64,000 nt of DNA from Minisyncoccota bacterium (GTDB lineage: Bacteria; Patescibacteriota; Minisyncoccia; UBA6257; 1-14-0-10-44-23). The notes below the pieces were generated by a model. The model was not told the origin of the DNA and searched no databases. It saw only the letters and a program-made list of their open reading frames with translations. A program made the translations under genes and the position numbers. The stretch is from assembly GCA_041389085.1 (NCBI GenBank), contig JAWKSL010000002.1:14556-78555 (forward strand), read 5' to 3'. Shown here piece after piece: positions 19,989 to 31,332 of the stretch (positions are counted from its first letter, which is position 1; the number at the start of each line of letters is the position of its first letter).

Positions 19989-20264
19989 TTACGCGCATGG
20001 ATCTCCTCCTCGTTGGAAGTGCGCGATGTAGTAGTCGACAACCGTGTCGCAGTGGGCCTTGCGCTGACCCGCCTTTTCGCGCCCTGCAAGGTTCATGTCT
20101 GCGAGCTGCCTATCTACCACGTCTTGGCCGTAACCCTTCACATCGTTGACAAGGATCCAGACCACAACGCTCATGCGGTCTAGACCCATCGCAATCATCT
20201 CCTGAATGCGGTCAAGGATGAGCTTAGGGTCGATGTTCTCCCTCCCGTTTAGGTGTTGTGCCAA
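19989..20264 (-). CDS. hypothetical protein encoded in a short GC-rich island; TTG start after GGAGG
   Basis: ORF preceded by an RBS. Local GC content is clearly higher than in neighbouring genes. No family recognised. Confidence 0.3.
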   Translation of the reverse strand: MAQHLNGRENIDPKLILDRIQEMIAMGLDRMSVVVWILVNDVKGYGQDVVDRQLADMNLAGREKAGQRKAHCDTVVDYYIAHFQRGGDPCA

Positions 20265-20391
20265 TTGGCACCTCCTTTCACGGGGGTCCTATTTATAGAA
20301 ATAGCATAAATTCACGAATGTGCAAATCCTGAGCCGACTAACTGACTTGAGCATTGTATCTTTCGTTTATCCTTGTTACCATTCTTCCTAT

Positions 20392-20462
20392 GCCTGGGTA
20401 GCTTAGTGGTAAAGCAACGGTTTTGTAAACCGTGGACGGGAGTCCGATTCTCCCCCTAGGCT
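20392..20462 (+). tRNA. tRNA-Thr (anticodon TGT)
   Basis: Acceptor GCCTGGG/CCTAGGC, D arm GCTTAGTGGTAAAGC, anticodon stem ACGGT/ACCGT with loop TTTGTAA, T arm GGGAGTCCGATTCTCCC. Confidence 0.85.
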
Positions 20463-20465
20463 CAT

Positions 20466-21254
20466 ATGTCAAAAACTTTTTACGATATGCCCGAATATCG
20501 CAAGAAGCAGAGTGCTATTACTCGATCTAGGTGGCAGTCTGGAAAGTTTGATTTTCTCCGTAAACAAGAGAAGCGCCTTTGTGTACGCAAGGATTGCTCA
20601 CAGAGCTTCGATGTAGCTCCATCTGATTTGAAAAAGTACTGTTCTTCTTCATGTGCGGCTTCGGTGAGCAATGCTCAGCGCAAAATTTCTCGTTCTACAA
20701 AGGAGAAGATCGCAAAATCTGTAAGGAAAGCGTTTTCTGGCAGGAATCACCCGCTTAAGGGGAAGCAGCTTGTTGCGCGCAAACAAGCTCAGTGCGCTAA
20801 TGAGCTTTGTGGTAAAATATTCAAGTTTGAACGCTGGAAAAAGCGTCAGTTTTGTAGCGCAGATTGCGCTATACGTGCAGTTGGCTCTCGACCAACCTCT
20901 CCTCGCGCTGCTCGTGCTAAAGCGGGCGTTCGCAAGGACTTGGGCGACGTATACTTTTTTAGTAGGTGGGAGGCAAACTATGCACGTGCTTTAAATCTTC
21001 TCGGTATAAAATGGGTTCACCAACCTAAGACCTTTTCTCTTAAGACTCAAAAATATACTCCTGACTTTTATCTACCGGAAAGTGATGAGTATGTAGAGAT
21101 TAAAAACTTTTTATCTGATTATTCGCGCAAGAGGGATAGTGAGTTTCGAGAGTTATATCCTGATCTTAAATTGACATTAATTCTTAAGGAGGATTATTTG
21201 AAGTTGCAGGACAAGCTTGCATCAAAAATTAAAACATGGGAATATAGTCGCTAA
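20466..21254 (+). CDS. hypothetical protein with two N-terminal Cys4 zinc-ribbon-like repeats and a C-terminal Vsr/DUF559-like (PD-(D/E)xK-type) endonuclease-like region
   Basis: Repeated C-x3-C...YCSSSC and C-x3-C...FCSADC; C-terminus YFFSRWEANYARALNLLGIKWVHQP...YTPDFYLPESDEYVEIK. The family call is pattern-based. Confidence 0.45.
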   Translation: MSKTFYDMPEYRKKQSAITRSRWQSGKFDFLRKQEKRLCVRKDCSQSFDVAPSDLKKYCSSSCAASVSNAQRKISRSTKEKIAKSVRKAFSGRNHPLKGKQLVARKQAQCANELCGKIFKFERWKKRQFCSADCAIRAVGSRPTSPRAARAKAGVRKDLGDVYFFSRWEANYARALNLLGIKWVHQPKTFSLKTQKYTPDFYLPESDEYVEIKNFLSDYSRKRDSEFRELYPDLKLTLILKEDYLKLQDKLASKIKTWEYSR

Positions 21255-21277
21255 GCTTTGACACTGTCAGAGTTTAT

Positions 21278-21541
21278 GCCGACGTAGCTCAGGGGTAGAG
21301 CACTTCCATGGTAACTCGCTTGAGTTTGCCCATTGGTGTCGCAAGGCACCTCTTGTATCCCGAATAACGGTTAAAGACCCATGGAGGGTTCAGACCGTGG
21401 CCTCTAATGAGGCCCGAACGACTGACAAGGGATTCCTTATTTTAATAAGGAAAAGATACAGTCTAGCCTCCCGATATTCCATGATTTAAGCGGGAGTGTA
21501 AGCGAAGGAAGGGGTCGCGAGTTCAATTCTCGCCGTCGGCT
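21278..21541 (+). tRNA. tRNA-Thr (anticodon GGT) interrupted in the anticodon loop (between positions 36 and 37) by a 192-nt insertion
   Basis: Exons fold into a canonical tRNA: acceptor GCCGACG/CGTCGGC, D arm GCTCAGGGGTAGAGC, anticodon stem CTTCC/GGAAG with loop AUGGU|AA, T arm GCGAGTTCAATTCTCGC. Confidence 0.75.
21313..21504 (+). ncRNA. candidate small group I intron inside tRNA-Thr(GGT)
   Basis: Insertion follows U36 and ends in G (omega-G). It contains R-like GGTTCAGACC and S-like AAGATACAGTCTAGCC core elements. At 192 nt it is comparable to the Azoarcus tRNA-Ile intron, which sits at the same loop position. Confidence 0.55.
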
Positions 21542-21626
21542 CAGCTATTGCGTTTTCTAGGGCTTTTTGGTATTGTTTGTGGCATTCAACTAGAGCCCCT
21601 CAGCGGGGCGCAATAGACCAAAGTTT

Positions 21627-21803
21627 ATGGCAGATTCAAAATTTTCAAAGAATATAGTAAAGCTACGTTGCGTAGAGTGCAATAAAACAAACTATTTCAC
21701 CCGCAAGAACAAAAAGACTGTGGAGCGCAAGCTCGAGTACAGCAAGTTTTGCAATCATAAAGACTGCAGAAAGCACACTACCCACAAAGAAGCGAAGAAA
21801 TAG
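21627..21803 (+). CDS. rpmG: 50S ribosomal protein L33 (zinc-ribbon type)
   Basis: 58-aa ORF below the track cutoff: MADSKFSKNIVKLRCVECNKTNYFTRKNKKTVERKLEYSKFCNHKDCRKHTTHKEAKK. Confidence 0.85.
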   Translation: MADSKFSKNIVKLRCVECNKTNYFTRKNKKTVERKLEYSKFCNHKDCRKHTTHKEAKK

Positions 21804-21828
21804 AGCCCTTGAAGGGCTTATTTCTTTA
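21804..21828 (+). terminator. terminator hairpin agcccttgaagggct + T-run after rpmG
   Basis: Inverted repeat followed by a T-run. Confidence 0.5.
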
Positions 21829-21831
21829 GGT

Positions 21832-21865
21832 TTCAACGGCTCACACATACGTGTGAGCCGTTGAA
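21832..21865. repeat. 34-bp perfect palindrome ttcaacggctcacacATACgtgtgagccgttgaa; member of a dispersed element family (second copy at 50818..50853)
   Basis: Near-identical palindrome is present at both loci, each adjacent to a tRNA gene. Confidence 0.7.
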
Positions 21866-21881
21866 ATTAGGGGCAATTTCT

Positions 21882-21956
21882 GCGATAGTAGGTGAGTTCT
21901 CTGGGCGCATCGGTTAACTGGTAAACCAGCGGTCTCCAAAACCGCGACTGGGGGTT
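21882..21956 (+). tRNA. tRNA-Trp (anticodon CCA), CCA encoded
   Basis: Acceptor GGGCGCA/TGCGCCT (G1-U72), D arm GGTTAACTGGTAAACC, anticodon stem GCGGT/ACCGC with loop CTCCAAA, T arm. Confidence 0.9.
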
Positions 21957-22040
21957 CGAGTCCCTCTGCGCCTGCCATTTGATTTTTTATTTTCGTATCG
22001 CTACTCTGCCTGTAGGCCCTAACCATTGAAAGGAGGGAAT

Positions 22041-22412
22041 ATGGAGCAGGATCTTGATCTGGCCGCTGTCAGTGACTTCCTTCTGGGTTTCGACAATTTC
22101 GAGAGGTTGTCGCAGGGGAGCTACGCTCTTGTTCGCCAAGATGGCAAGGTGGGGCTGGTTTGCATCTCTCGTTTGCAAATCATCGTTCCTGTCGAGTTCG
22201 ATTCGGTGTCTCTCCTCTTCGAGGGGCCGTACGCCCTTGTTGGCTCTGGCCGCAATCACGGCCTGTACTTTCTTGAAGCTCCCGATCTCTTGCTTGAGCT
22301 CGAGTACAGCTTTATCCGCCACGTGGTGGGCCCGCTCTTTCGCGTTCAGCAAGGGTCCTCACGGTGGGGACTCTTCAACGCAGAAGACGGAACCCTTCGG
22401 TGGAAGGAGTAG
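22041..22412 (+). CDS. hypothetical protein with WG-type repeats, in a GC-rich segment
   Basis: RBS AAAGGAGGG before the ATG. Repeats occur at SYALVRQDGKVGLV, PYALVGSGRNHGLYF and RWGLFNAEDGTLRW. A hairpin plus T-run terminator follows at about 22425..22460. Confidence 0.45.
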   Translation: MEQDLDLAAVSDFLLGFDNFERLSQGSYALVRQDGKVGLVCISRLQIIVPVEFDSVSLLFEGPYALVGSGRNHGLYFLEAPDLLLELEYSFIRHVVGPLFRVQQGSSRWGLFNAEDGTLRWKE

Positions 22413-22471
22413 CGCGCATGCCCCCCGCTAGACTATGTTTGGCGGGGGTTTGATTTTTTATATCGGAATTC

Positions 22472-22494
22472 GCGTCCCTCTGCGCCTGCCATTT
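22472..22494 (+). repeat. direct repeat of the 3' end of tRNA-Trp (gtccctctgcgcctgccattt; about 22 nt identical to 21938..21959), candidate attR-like scar
   Basis: Exact duplication of the tRNA 3' terminus about 535 bp downstream of the intact gene. Confidence 0.7.
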
Positions 22495-23303
22495 TTGAAA
22501 AGTGCTATAGTCTTTGATTTTTATTGACAGGAATTTACATGTATTGTTGACTTATTAAGTCGGCGTTTTGCTGGCTTGGAGGCGGCTTTGCCGTGTAGGC
22601 TATGAAACCCAAGGAAACAGAGACCGAGATTGTCCAGGATGACGAGGAAGAGAGGAGTAAGGGTGCAGATACTGCACTCGATGAGCTTGGTGAGAAGCTG
22701 ATCGAAGCTGCTCGTCGCAGCGGTATCCCGATGATCTTCAACCGCGACGGCCGTAGCTTCAGCTTCTAGTGCCTCTTGCACCATCGACGGAGACGCACTG
22801 TTCACTAGCTATTGGCTTCGCACAGCATGGCGTTGAGTTCAGGATGAACTTCGATGGCTAGCTGTAAGAGGGCCTTTGCGCTTTGCGCTGAGGCCCTTCA
22901 TATTTGACAATTTTTTCATATTAAATAGACTGTGTTTCGTAAGTTTCGGAATAAAGAAACATCGATTGCCGCTATAATGCTTGAGGATTCACTCCTTAGG
23001 CAAGGCAGGAGCCCAAACCAGACGAGTGCCAAACACGCAGGTGTTGCTCTGTCTGGGGTTAAAGGAATGGCATATGACTGGCTGCGTACTGGTCGAGGAG
23101 TAGACTCTCGTGAGAGAGGTTGCGCCTTCTGCCATCTCCTGAGTAGGGAGATTCCTCCCGAAATTGGAGGTTTCTAACCTCCAAGGCTAAACCAAGACTT
23201 ACACCATTGGCCACCGATCCCTTAGGGGTGAGGTGGCCGCTTTATTTATAAACAAGCTCTTTGACTTTTTGGGGGGCGAAAGATAGAGTGAGTGGGTTCT
23301 TGT

Positions 23304-23627
23304 ATGGACAGTACGCAGGATAAAGCAGGACTTGAAAAAGAGCTTTTAGAACTAAAAAGGAAGCGAGACGCTCAAGTTCATAGGATTTTCTATCTTATGT
23401 TTGAGTTTGTTTTTATTTTCGGCATTCCTGGCTTTTTAGGGCTTTACCTCGGGAAGCTGCTCGATGAGCGTTTTTCTACTGGCAGAATCCTTACCCTTTC
23501 GCTCATAGCACTGGCGTTTGTACTAAGCTGGGCGATGATAATTCTCCGCTATAAGCGCGTTATGGCAGGGGTTCGTGCTACTGAAACAAGGATTGAGGAT
23601 ATAAAAAAGAAACTCGGAAATGTTTAA
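23304..23627 (+). CDS. AtpZ/AtpI-like small membrane protein preceding the ATP synthase operon
   Basis: Two-TM protein (FIFGIPGFLGLYLGKLLDERF) immediately upstream of and overlapping atpB. Confidence 0.55.
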   Translation: MDSTQDKAGLEKELLELKRKRDAQVHRIFYLMFEFVFIFGIPGFLGLYLGKLLDERFSTGRILTLSLIALAFVLSWAMIILRYKRVMAGVRATETRIEDIKKKLGNV

Positions 23628-24420
23628 GGAGCTTTTTACAAAAACTGAAACCATTCCAAGCGTTTCACCAGACGTAGTTTTTAAGATTGCAGGCTGGCCA
23701 ATTTCAAACAGTGCGCTCCAGATATTTTTCATACTGATACTCGTTATTCTCTTTAACTACTTCGTTGTTCGAAGATTTAGCCTTATCCCTAAAACAAAAC
23801 TTCAACATGCTGTAGAGGGGCTTTACGAATCGATGGTCACCTTCGTAAAGCAGATCACAGGTAGCGAGCAGAAGGCAAAAGAGGTTATGCCTCTCATATT
23901 GAGCCTTTTTGTGTTTGTGGGGCTTTCAAACCTTATAAACTTCATCCCTGGGCTTACCAGCTTTACCTATAACGGGGTGCCAATATTTAGGACTCCAACG
24001 AGCGATTTTAACACTACCTTTAGTATGGCTTTGGCAGTGATTGTTTACATTCAAATCGCCGCAATTCGAAAGAGCGGGATATTTACCTATATTGGAAAAT
24101 TTGTGCAGATCAAGGAAGTATATCAAAGCTTTAAAAAGGGTATTGGAGAGGGGTTTACCTCTCTTATTGGCTTCTTTGTGGGGCTTTTGGACATCATTAG
24201 CGAGGTAGCTAAAGTTTTCTCGCTTTCTTTGCGTTTATTTGGTAATATCTACGCGGGTGAGGTGCTTCTGGTAATGATCTTTGGAGCCCTCGCTTTTGCA
24301 TTACCGAGCGTGTGGATGGGGCTTTCGCTCTTCTTTGGAGTGATACAGGCTATCGTTTTCGGAGCACTTGCTGCCGCTTACTATGCTTCTTCAGTCGATG
24401 AGACTGAGCCTGAGGCATAG
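23620..24420 (+). CDS. atpB: F0F1 ATP synthase subunit a
   Basis: Conserved LSLRLFGNIYAGEVLL with the essential Arg. Confidence 0.9.
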   Translation: MFKELFTKTETIPSVSPDVVFKIAGWPISNSALQIFFILILVILFNYFVVRRFSLIPKTKLQHAVEGLYESMVTFVKQITGSEQKAKEVMPLILSLFVFVGLSNLINFIPGLTSFTYNGVPIFRTPTSDFNTTFSMALAVIVYIQIAAIRKSGIFTYIGKFVQIKEVYQSFKKGIGEGFTSLIGFFVGLLDIISEVAKVFSLSLRLFGNIYAGEVLLVMIFGALAFALPSVWMGLSLFFGVIQAIVFGALAAAYYASSVDETEPEA

Positions 24421-24494
24421 CTGGCGTTTGCAATTGATTGCAGACCCTTTTTATTTCAAAAAAACGAAACAATTAAAAAAATAATTACAAACAT

Positions 24495-24710
24495 ATGGAA
24501 GTAGAAGCAGCACGACTTATTGCAAAAGGAATGATCGCACTTGCAATGCTTGCAACCGCGATCGGAGAAGGGTACATCGTAGGAAAGGCTTTGGAAGCTA
24601 TCGGACGAAACCCAGACGCTGGAAGTTCTATCTTTTCAAAGATGATTATCGGAGTTGCGATGGCGGAAAGTACCGCTATTTACGCAATGGTTCTCTTCTT
24701 TGTTATTTAG
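24495..24710 (+). CDS. atpE: F0F1 ATP synthase subunit c
   Basis: Hairpin proteolipid with GRNPD loop and MAESTAIYAMV helix 2. Confidence 0.9.
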   Translation: MEVEAARLIAKGMIALAMLATAIGEGYIVGKALEAIGRNPDAGSSIFSKMIIGVAMAESTAIYAMVLFFVI

Positions 24711-24734
24711 TCTTAATTCACACGATCAAACGCT

Positions 24735-25232
24735 ATGAACGAAGTACTTGGGAAAATCGGATTTGATTGGCACTTAGCTATCATAAACTTTGTCAACATT
24801 TTCATTATCTTTTTAGTACTTAAAAAATGGGCGTTTGGTCCTATTGGCAAGCTCATCGAGGAGCGACGCAGTCGCGTGGAAGTGAGCCTGAGAAACGCTG
24901 AAGACGCAAAGCGAGCAAGCGAGCTTGCTGAAAAGGAGCGCGAAGACATACTTCTTGGCGCTAAAAAAGAGGCAACTTCAATTATTGAGAGAGCTTCAAA
25001 AGAAGGTGAAGGTATACTTGAGCACTCACGCGGGAAAGCCTTGCATGAGCGCGATGACATTCTTCACAAAGCATCTCTTGAGATAGCTGAAGGAAAGCGT
25101 AAAGCAGAAGGAGAGCTCAAGGAACACGCAGCAGAGCTTATATCAGCTTCAGTAAAGAAAATTCTTCGCTCTGAGGTTGATAACGATATGAACGAGAGAA
25201 TTATAAAGAAGAGTAAGCGAATCAATGCTTAA
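24735..25232 (+). CDS. atpF: F0F1 ATP synthase subunit b
   Basis: N-terminal TM helix followed by a long charged helix; operon position. Confidence 0.85.
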   Translation: MNEVLGKIGFDWHLAIINFVNIFIIFLVLKKWAFGPIGKLIEERRSRVEVSLRNAEDAKRASELAEKEREDILLGAKKEATSIIERASKEGEGILEHSRGKALHERDDILHKASLEIAEGKRKAEGELKEHAAELISASVKKILRSEVDNDMNERIIKKSKRINA

Positions 25233-25605
25233 GGGAGCTGACATAGCAAAGAGCCTTAAGGCTTCTCTTGATGAGGGGCAAGATGTAAAGGCGGTATCAA
25301 AAAACTTTTTCTCTTTTGTGGAGAAGTTTAACTTGTGGCACACACTTCCTGCTGTTGTTGAGGCGCTTTCTGCAAAGACTGCTAGCGATGAAGCTGAGGT
25401 TGTAGTGGTACGGGCTTCTCATCCGCTTACTAAGACTTCAGAGTCTGATATTCGCCGTATTACCGGCGCAGGTTCTTCTACTCCAGTAGAGTACGTAAAA
25501 GACGATGAAGTTGTAGGGGGCTTTATTGCTCGCTACAAAGGGAGAGAGTTTGAGGGAAGCTTTGGTCGCGTTATTGGTTCACTTAAAAAAATGATTCAAG
25601 AATAA
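25225..25605 (+). CDS. atpH: F0F1 ATP synthase subunit delta, truncated form (126 aa)
   Basis: C-terminal OSCP/delta motif [20 protein letters not shown]; operon position. Confidence 0.7.
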   Translation: MLKGADIAKSLKASLDEGQDVKAVSKNFFSFVEKFNLWHTLPAVVEALSAKTASDEAEVVVVRASHPLTKTSESDIRRITGAGSSTPVEYVKDDEVVGGFIARYKGREFEGSFGRVIGSLKKMIQE

Positions 25606-25606
25606 T

Positions 25607-27100
25607 ATGAGCGTAGAGAAACTCGTTGCTGAGATTAAAAAGAAAATTGAAAGTGTAGATGTAGACCTTACAAACCAGGAGGTTGGTCGCGTTGTTGAGA
25701 GCTCTGACGGAATAGCGGTTATTGCAGGACTTAGCGGATGTCAGGCGAGCGAAATGCTTGAGTTTGAGGGCGGAGCAATGGGAATTGCGCTTAACTTGGA
25801 AAGTGAAAGCGTGGGAGCAATTATTCTTGGTGAGTTTAGTGCTATCAAAGAAGGCGCAAGCGTAAAACGCACAGGAAAGGTTTTGCAGGTTGGTGTTGGC
25901 GAGGGAGTACTTTCTCGCATAGTAGACCCTCTTATGAACCCGCTTGATGGAAAGGGAGGTATCGATACTGATGCTGACATGTACATTGAGAGGAAAGCTG
26001 CCGGTGTTATGGCTCGAGAAGGAGTAAATCAGCCTCTTCAGACAGGAATTAAGGCTATCGATGCTCTTACTCCAATTGGGCGAGGACAGCGTGAGCTTAT
26101 TATTGGTGACAGGCAGACAGGAAAGACTACTGTTGCTATCGACACTATCATTAACCAAAAGGGTAAGGGGATTAAATGTGTATACGTAGCTATCGGTCAA
26201 AAGAAGAGTAAGGTAGCCCGTATCGTGCGCACACTCGAAGACGCTGGTGCTATGGAATACACCACTGTTGTATTTGCGGGAAGCAGTGAGAGTGCTGCGC
26301 TTTCATATCTTGCGCCGTACACGGGGGCTGCTATCGCTGAGTACTTTATGGATAAGGGGCAGGACACCCTTGTTGTGTACGACGACTTGAGTAAGCACGC
26401 TGTGGCTTATCGAGAAATTTCTCTTCTTCTTCGCCGCCCACCAGGACGTGAAGCATATCCTGGAGACGTTTTCTACCTTCACAGCAGACTTTTGGAGCGT
26501 GCATGTCGCCGAAACTCTAACCACGGTGGTGGTTCTATGACAGCACTTCCAATTATTGAAACTCAGGCAGGAGATATTAGTGCATACATTCCAACAAACG
26601 TTATTTCTATCACTGACGGGCAAATCTTCCTTAAGACTGATTTGTTCTACAAAGGAATTCGCCCTGCTATCGACGTAGGAAACTCAGTTTCTCGTGTGGG
26701 AGGAAGCGCACAAATTAAGTCTATGAAAAAAGTTGCTGGTCCGGTAAAGCTTGGACTTGCGCAATTCCGCGAGCTTGAAAGCTTTTCTCAGTTTGCCAGC
26801 GATCTTGATGCTGACACTAAGGCAAAGCTTGATCGTGGAGTTCGTATGACTGAAGCCCTTAAGCAAGACCAGAACAAGCCGATCAACGTATCTGAGCAGG
26901 TTGCTTGGATTTACTATGTAACAAAAGGACACACTGATGCACTTGATGTTGCTGATATCGTTGCAACTGAGCAGGCGTTTTATGAATACCTTGATGCTTC
27001 TAAGAAAGACCTTCTTGCAGCTATCGCTACTGGATGGGATGAAGAGGTAGAAGGAAAGCTTGCGAAGGCTATTGAAGAATTTAAGAGTATGCGTGTTTAA
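25607..27100 (+). CDS. atpA: F0F1 ATP synthase subunit alpha
   Basis: Walker [10 protein letters not shown]; 497 aa. Confidence 0.95.
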   Translation: MSVEKLVAEIKKKIESVDVDLTNQEVGRVVESSDGIAVIAGLSGCQASEMLEFEGGAMGIALNLESESVGAIILGEFSAIKEGASVKRTGKVLQVGVGEGVLSRIVDPLMNPLDGKGGIDTDADMYIERKAAGVMAREGVNQPLQTGIKAIDALTPIGRGQRELIIGDRQTGKTTVAIDTIINQKGKGIKCVYVAIGQKKSKVARIVRTLEDAGAMEYTTVVFAGSSESAALSYLAPYTGAAIAEYFMDKGQDTLVVYDDLSKHAVAYREISLLLRRPPGREAYPGDVFYLHSRLLERACRRNSNHGGGSMTALPIIETQAGDISAYIPTNVISITDGQIFLKTDLFYKGIRPAIDVGNSVSRVGGSAQIKSMKKVAGPVKLGLAQFRELESFSQFASDLDADTKAKLDRGVRMTEALKQDQNKPINVSEQVAWIYYVTKGHTDALDVADIVATEQAFYEYLDASKKDLLAAIATGWDEEVEGKLAKAIEEFKSMRV

Positions 27101-27108
27101 ACAGGGGT

Positions 27109-29419
<2,311 letters not shown>

Positions 29420-29423
29420 GCTC

Positions 29424-29660
29424 ATGAAACTAACTATCGTAAGCGTTCAAGGAGTTCAGTTTACGGGAGATGTAGAGAAATTTAGCATTTCTACAAGCTC
29501 TGGCGTCATTACAGTACTTCCGCACCACATTCCGCTCATATCTGAGCTTGTTGCTGGTACGGTACACATAACTGAGAATAAAGAAGAGAAAACTTTTGAA
29601 ATTGGAGGGGGAGTGCTTGAAATTCGCAAGGACAATAGCGCTGTAGTGCTCGCTTCGTAG
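29424..29660 (+). CDS. atpC: F0F1 ATP synthase subunit epsilon, short form (beta-sandwich only)
   Basis: MKLTIVSVQGVQFTGDVEKFSISTSSGVITVLPHHIPLIS. Confidence 0.75.
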   Translation: MKLTIVSVQGVQFTGDVEKFSISTSSGVITVLPHHIPLISELVAGTVHITENKEEKTFEIGGGVLEIRKDNSAVVLAS

Positions 29661-29698
29661 TCTGTGGTACAATAGTGGAAAAGTTAATAGGCTATTTT

Positions 29699-31060
29699 AT
29701 GTTTAAAAAACTCTTCTTTTTCGTTTTTGTGGCTCTATTGTTTAGCTTCTCTTTCAGCGCTCATGCAGCCGACCGCTACTGGGTTGGTGGTACTGCAAGT
29801 TGGGATGGCACCGCCGGCACAAAGTGGGCTGCAACCTCAGGTGGGGGTGGTGGGCAGGCTATACCTACTACTAGTGATACTTGCTATTTTGATGCGAGTT
29901 CGAGTGGGGTCGTTACTGTTGCTGCTGGAAACACGGGTTGCGGCGACATAGATTTTACAGGATTTACCGGTACGCTTGCTGGCTCAGCGAGTTTAACTAT
30001 CGCTGGAAGTCTTACTCTTGATGACACTATGACCAATAGTTACACCGGTGCTTTAACTTTTTCTTCTACTGGAAGTGAAACAATAACCTCTGATGGTGTT
30101 GCCTTGGATAGTAACGTTACGTTTAACGGAGTGAGCGGAGTTTTTGCTCTTGCAGATGCATTTGAAACTGGTAGTACGCGCACAGTGACGCTCACAAATG
30201 GTACTTTCGATGCTAACGATCAAAACTTTACTGCTGGCTTTTTTAACTCCTCAAACTCAAATACGCGCACTGTTACAATGGGCGATGGTGTTTGGAGTTT
30301 GAGTGCAGTTGATGGAAATCTTTTAAACCTTAGCACTGATACAAACCTTACATTTACTGCTGGGGCAAACCCGATTCTTTTTACTGGAGACTCAGCTTCA
30401 GGACAAAACCGCTATTGGCTTGTGACTTTAGAGGAAGACTCTCCAGCACTAAGCGTTATGGATGGTGCTGGCAATATTCGCATTAATGGTGGTTCGACGG
30501 TGGGCGACCTGTATTTCGATCCTGAGTTTGCAGGTGCTTTTGCTTTTACTTCTTCGGCTGGTGCGCACATTTATGGTGACCTTACCCTTTCTCCAAACAT
30601 GTCAATGTTTTGGGGAACGAACTGTGTATGTGTATTTGGTAGTGGTGCTACTACTACCATTACTACCAATGGGGTAGATATGCACTCATACTTCCAAATT
30701 GGTCAGCCGGGGGAAAGTGATCGAGTGTTTGTGCTCCAAGACGATATTTATAGCTCAGGCTGGCTGTATATGGGCTTTGTGGCAGGAACATTTGATGCGA
30801 ATGGAAACGATATAACTATTGATGAAACACAGTGGGGTCCTGACTATTCAGGAGCCTTTCAATCAAATGCTGGACTTATTTCTCTTGGTGCGCTTGAAAA
30901 TGATAGCCGTACTATACTAATGGGTGAGGGGACATGGAATGTTCCAGCTTTTCTTACCACGACTGGATTTGTTGAGGTGAATCCAGAAACGTCAACGCTG
31001 ATACTGAACGGCACTACTCCACTTATCGAGGGTCAAACACCTTCTATAACTTCACCGTAG
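29699..31060 (+). CDS. secreted beta-helix-like repeat protein (Thr/Gly/Ser-rich, signal peptide); probably the N-terminal part of a longer gene interrupted downstream
   Basis: Signal peptide MFKKLFFFVFVALLFSFSFSAHA. Repetitive T/G/S/N-rich beta-solenoid-like sequence. The reading frame continues, in shifted frames, through 31066..31330 into the next ORF. Confidence 0.5.
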   Translation: MFKKLFFFVFVALLFSFSFSAHAADRYWVGGTASWDGTAGTKWAATSGGGGGQAIPTTSDTCYFDASSSGVVTVAAGNTGCGDIDFTGFTGTLAGSASLTIAGSLTLDDTMTNSYTGALTFSSTGSETITSDGVALDSNVTFNGVSGVFALADAFETGSTRTVTLTNGTFDANDQNFTAGFFNSSNSNTRTVTMGDGVWSLSAVDGNLLNLSTDTNLTFTAGANPILFTGDSASGQNRYWLVTLEEDSPALSVMDGAGNIRINGGSTVGDLYFDPEFAGAFAFTSSAGAHIYGDLTLSPNMSMFWGTNCVCVFGSGATTTITTNGVDMHSYFQIGQPGESDRVFVLQDDIYSSGWLYMGFVAGTFDANGNDITIDETQWGPDYSGAFQSNAGLISLGALENDSRTILMGEGTWNVPAFLTTTGFVEVNPETSTLILNGTTPLIEGQTPSITSP

Positions 31061-31332
31061 AAGCTTTGGCCTCAACTACTCCGTATGCTAATGAAGGATA
31101 TGGAAATCGCGATACTCTTACCACGCTTACCTTTGGCTCGAACTCTCAACAAACTATTCAAGGCACTTTAACGCTTAAGGGGTGGATGCAAATGAGCGTC
31201 TTGAGCTTCGTTCTGATGCCAGTGGAACACAGTGGCAAATTAATCCTCAAGGGCGTAGGGTTATTGACTACGTAGATTTTAAGGATTCGTACAACGTAAA
31301 TTACGAAGGAGATTCTCTACGATGACGATAGC

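Noticed and set aside
19889-20149. ORFs 19889..20089 (-) and 19922..20149 (+) in the GC-rich patch after the GIY-YIG gene
   Set aside because: They overlap the better-supported RBS-preceded ORF 19989..20264 or lack start context. Composition-driven open frames.
21987-22431. Overlapping ORFs 21987..22352 (-) and 22054..22431 (+) in the tRNA-Trp islet
   Set aside because: Only the frame starting at 22041 has an RBS (AAAGGAGGG) and WG-repeat periodicity. The others are Arg/Ala-rich shadows caused by high GC.
22932-23177. 81-aa ORF / possible RNase P, SRP or tmRNA gene in the 22800..23290 non-coding stretch
   Set aside because: No RBS and a low-complexity translation. No match to the conserved P4, domain IV or tRNA-like motifs by eye. 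Left unannotated; only the terminator hairpin at 23212..23245 is clear.
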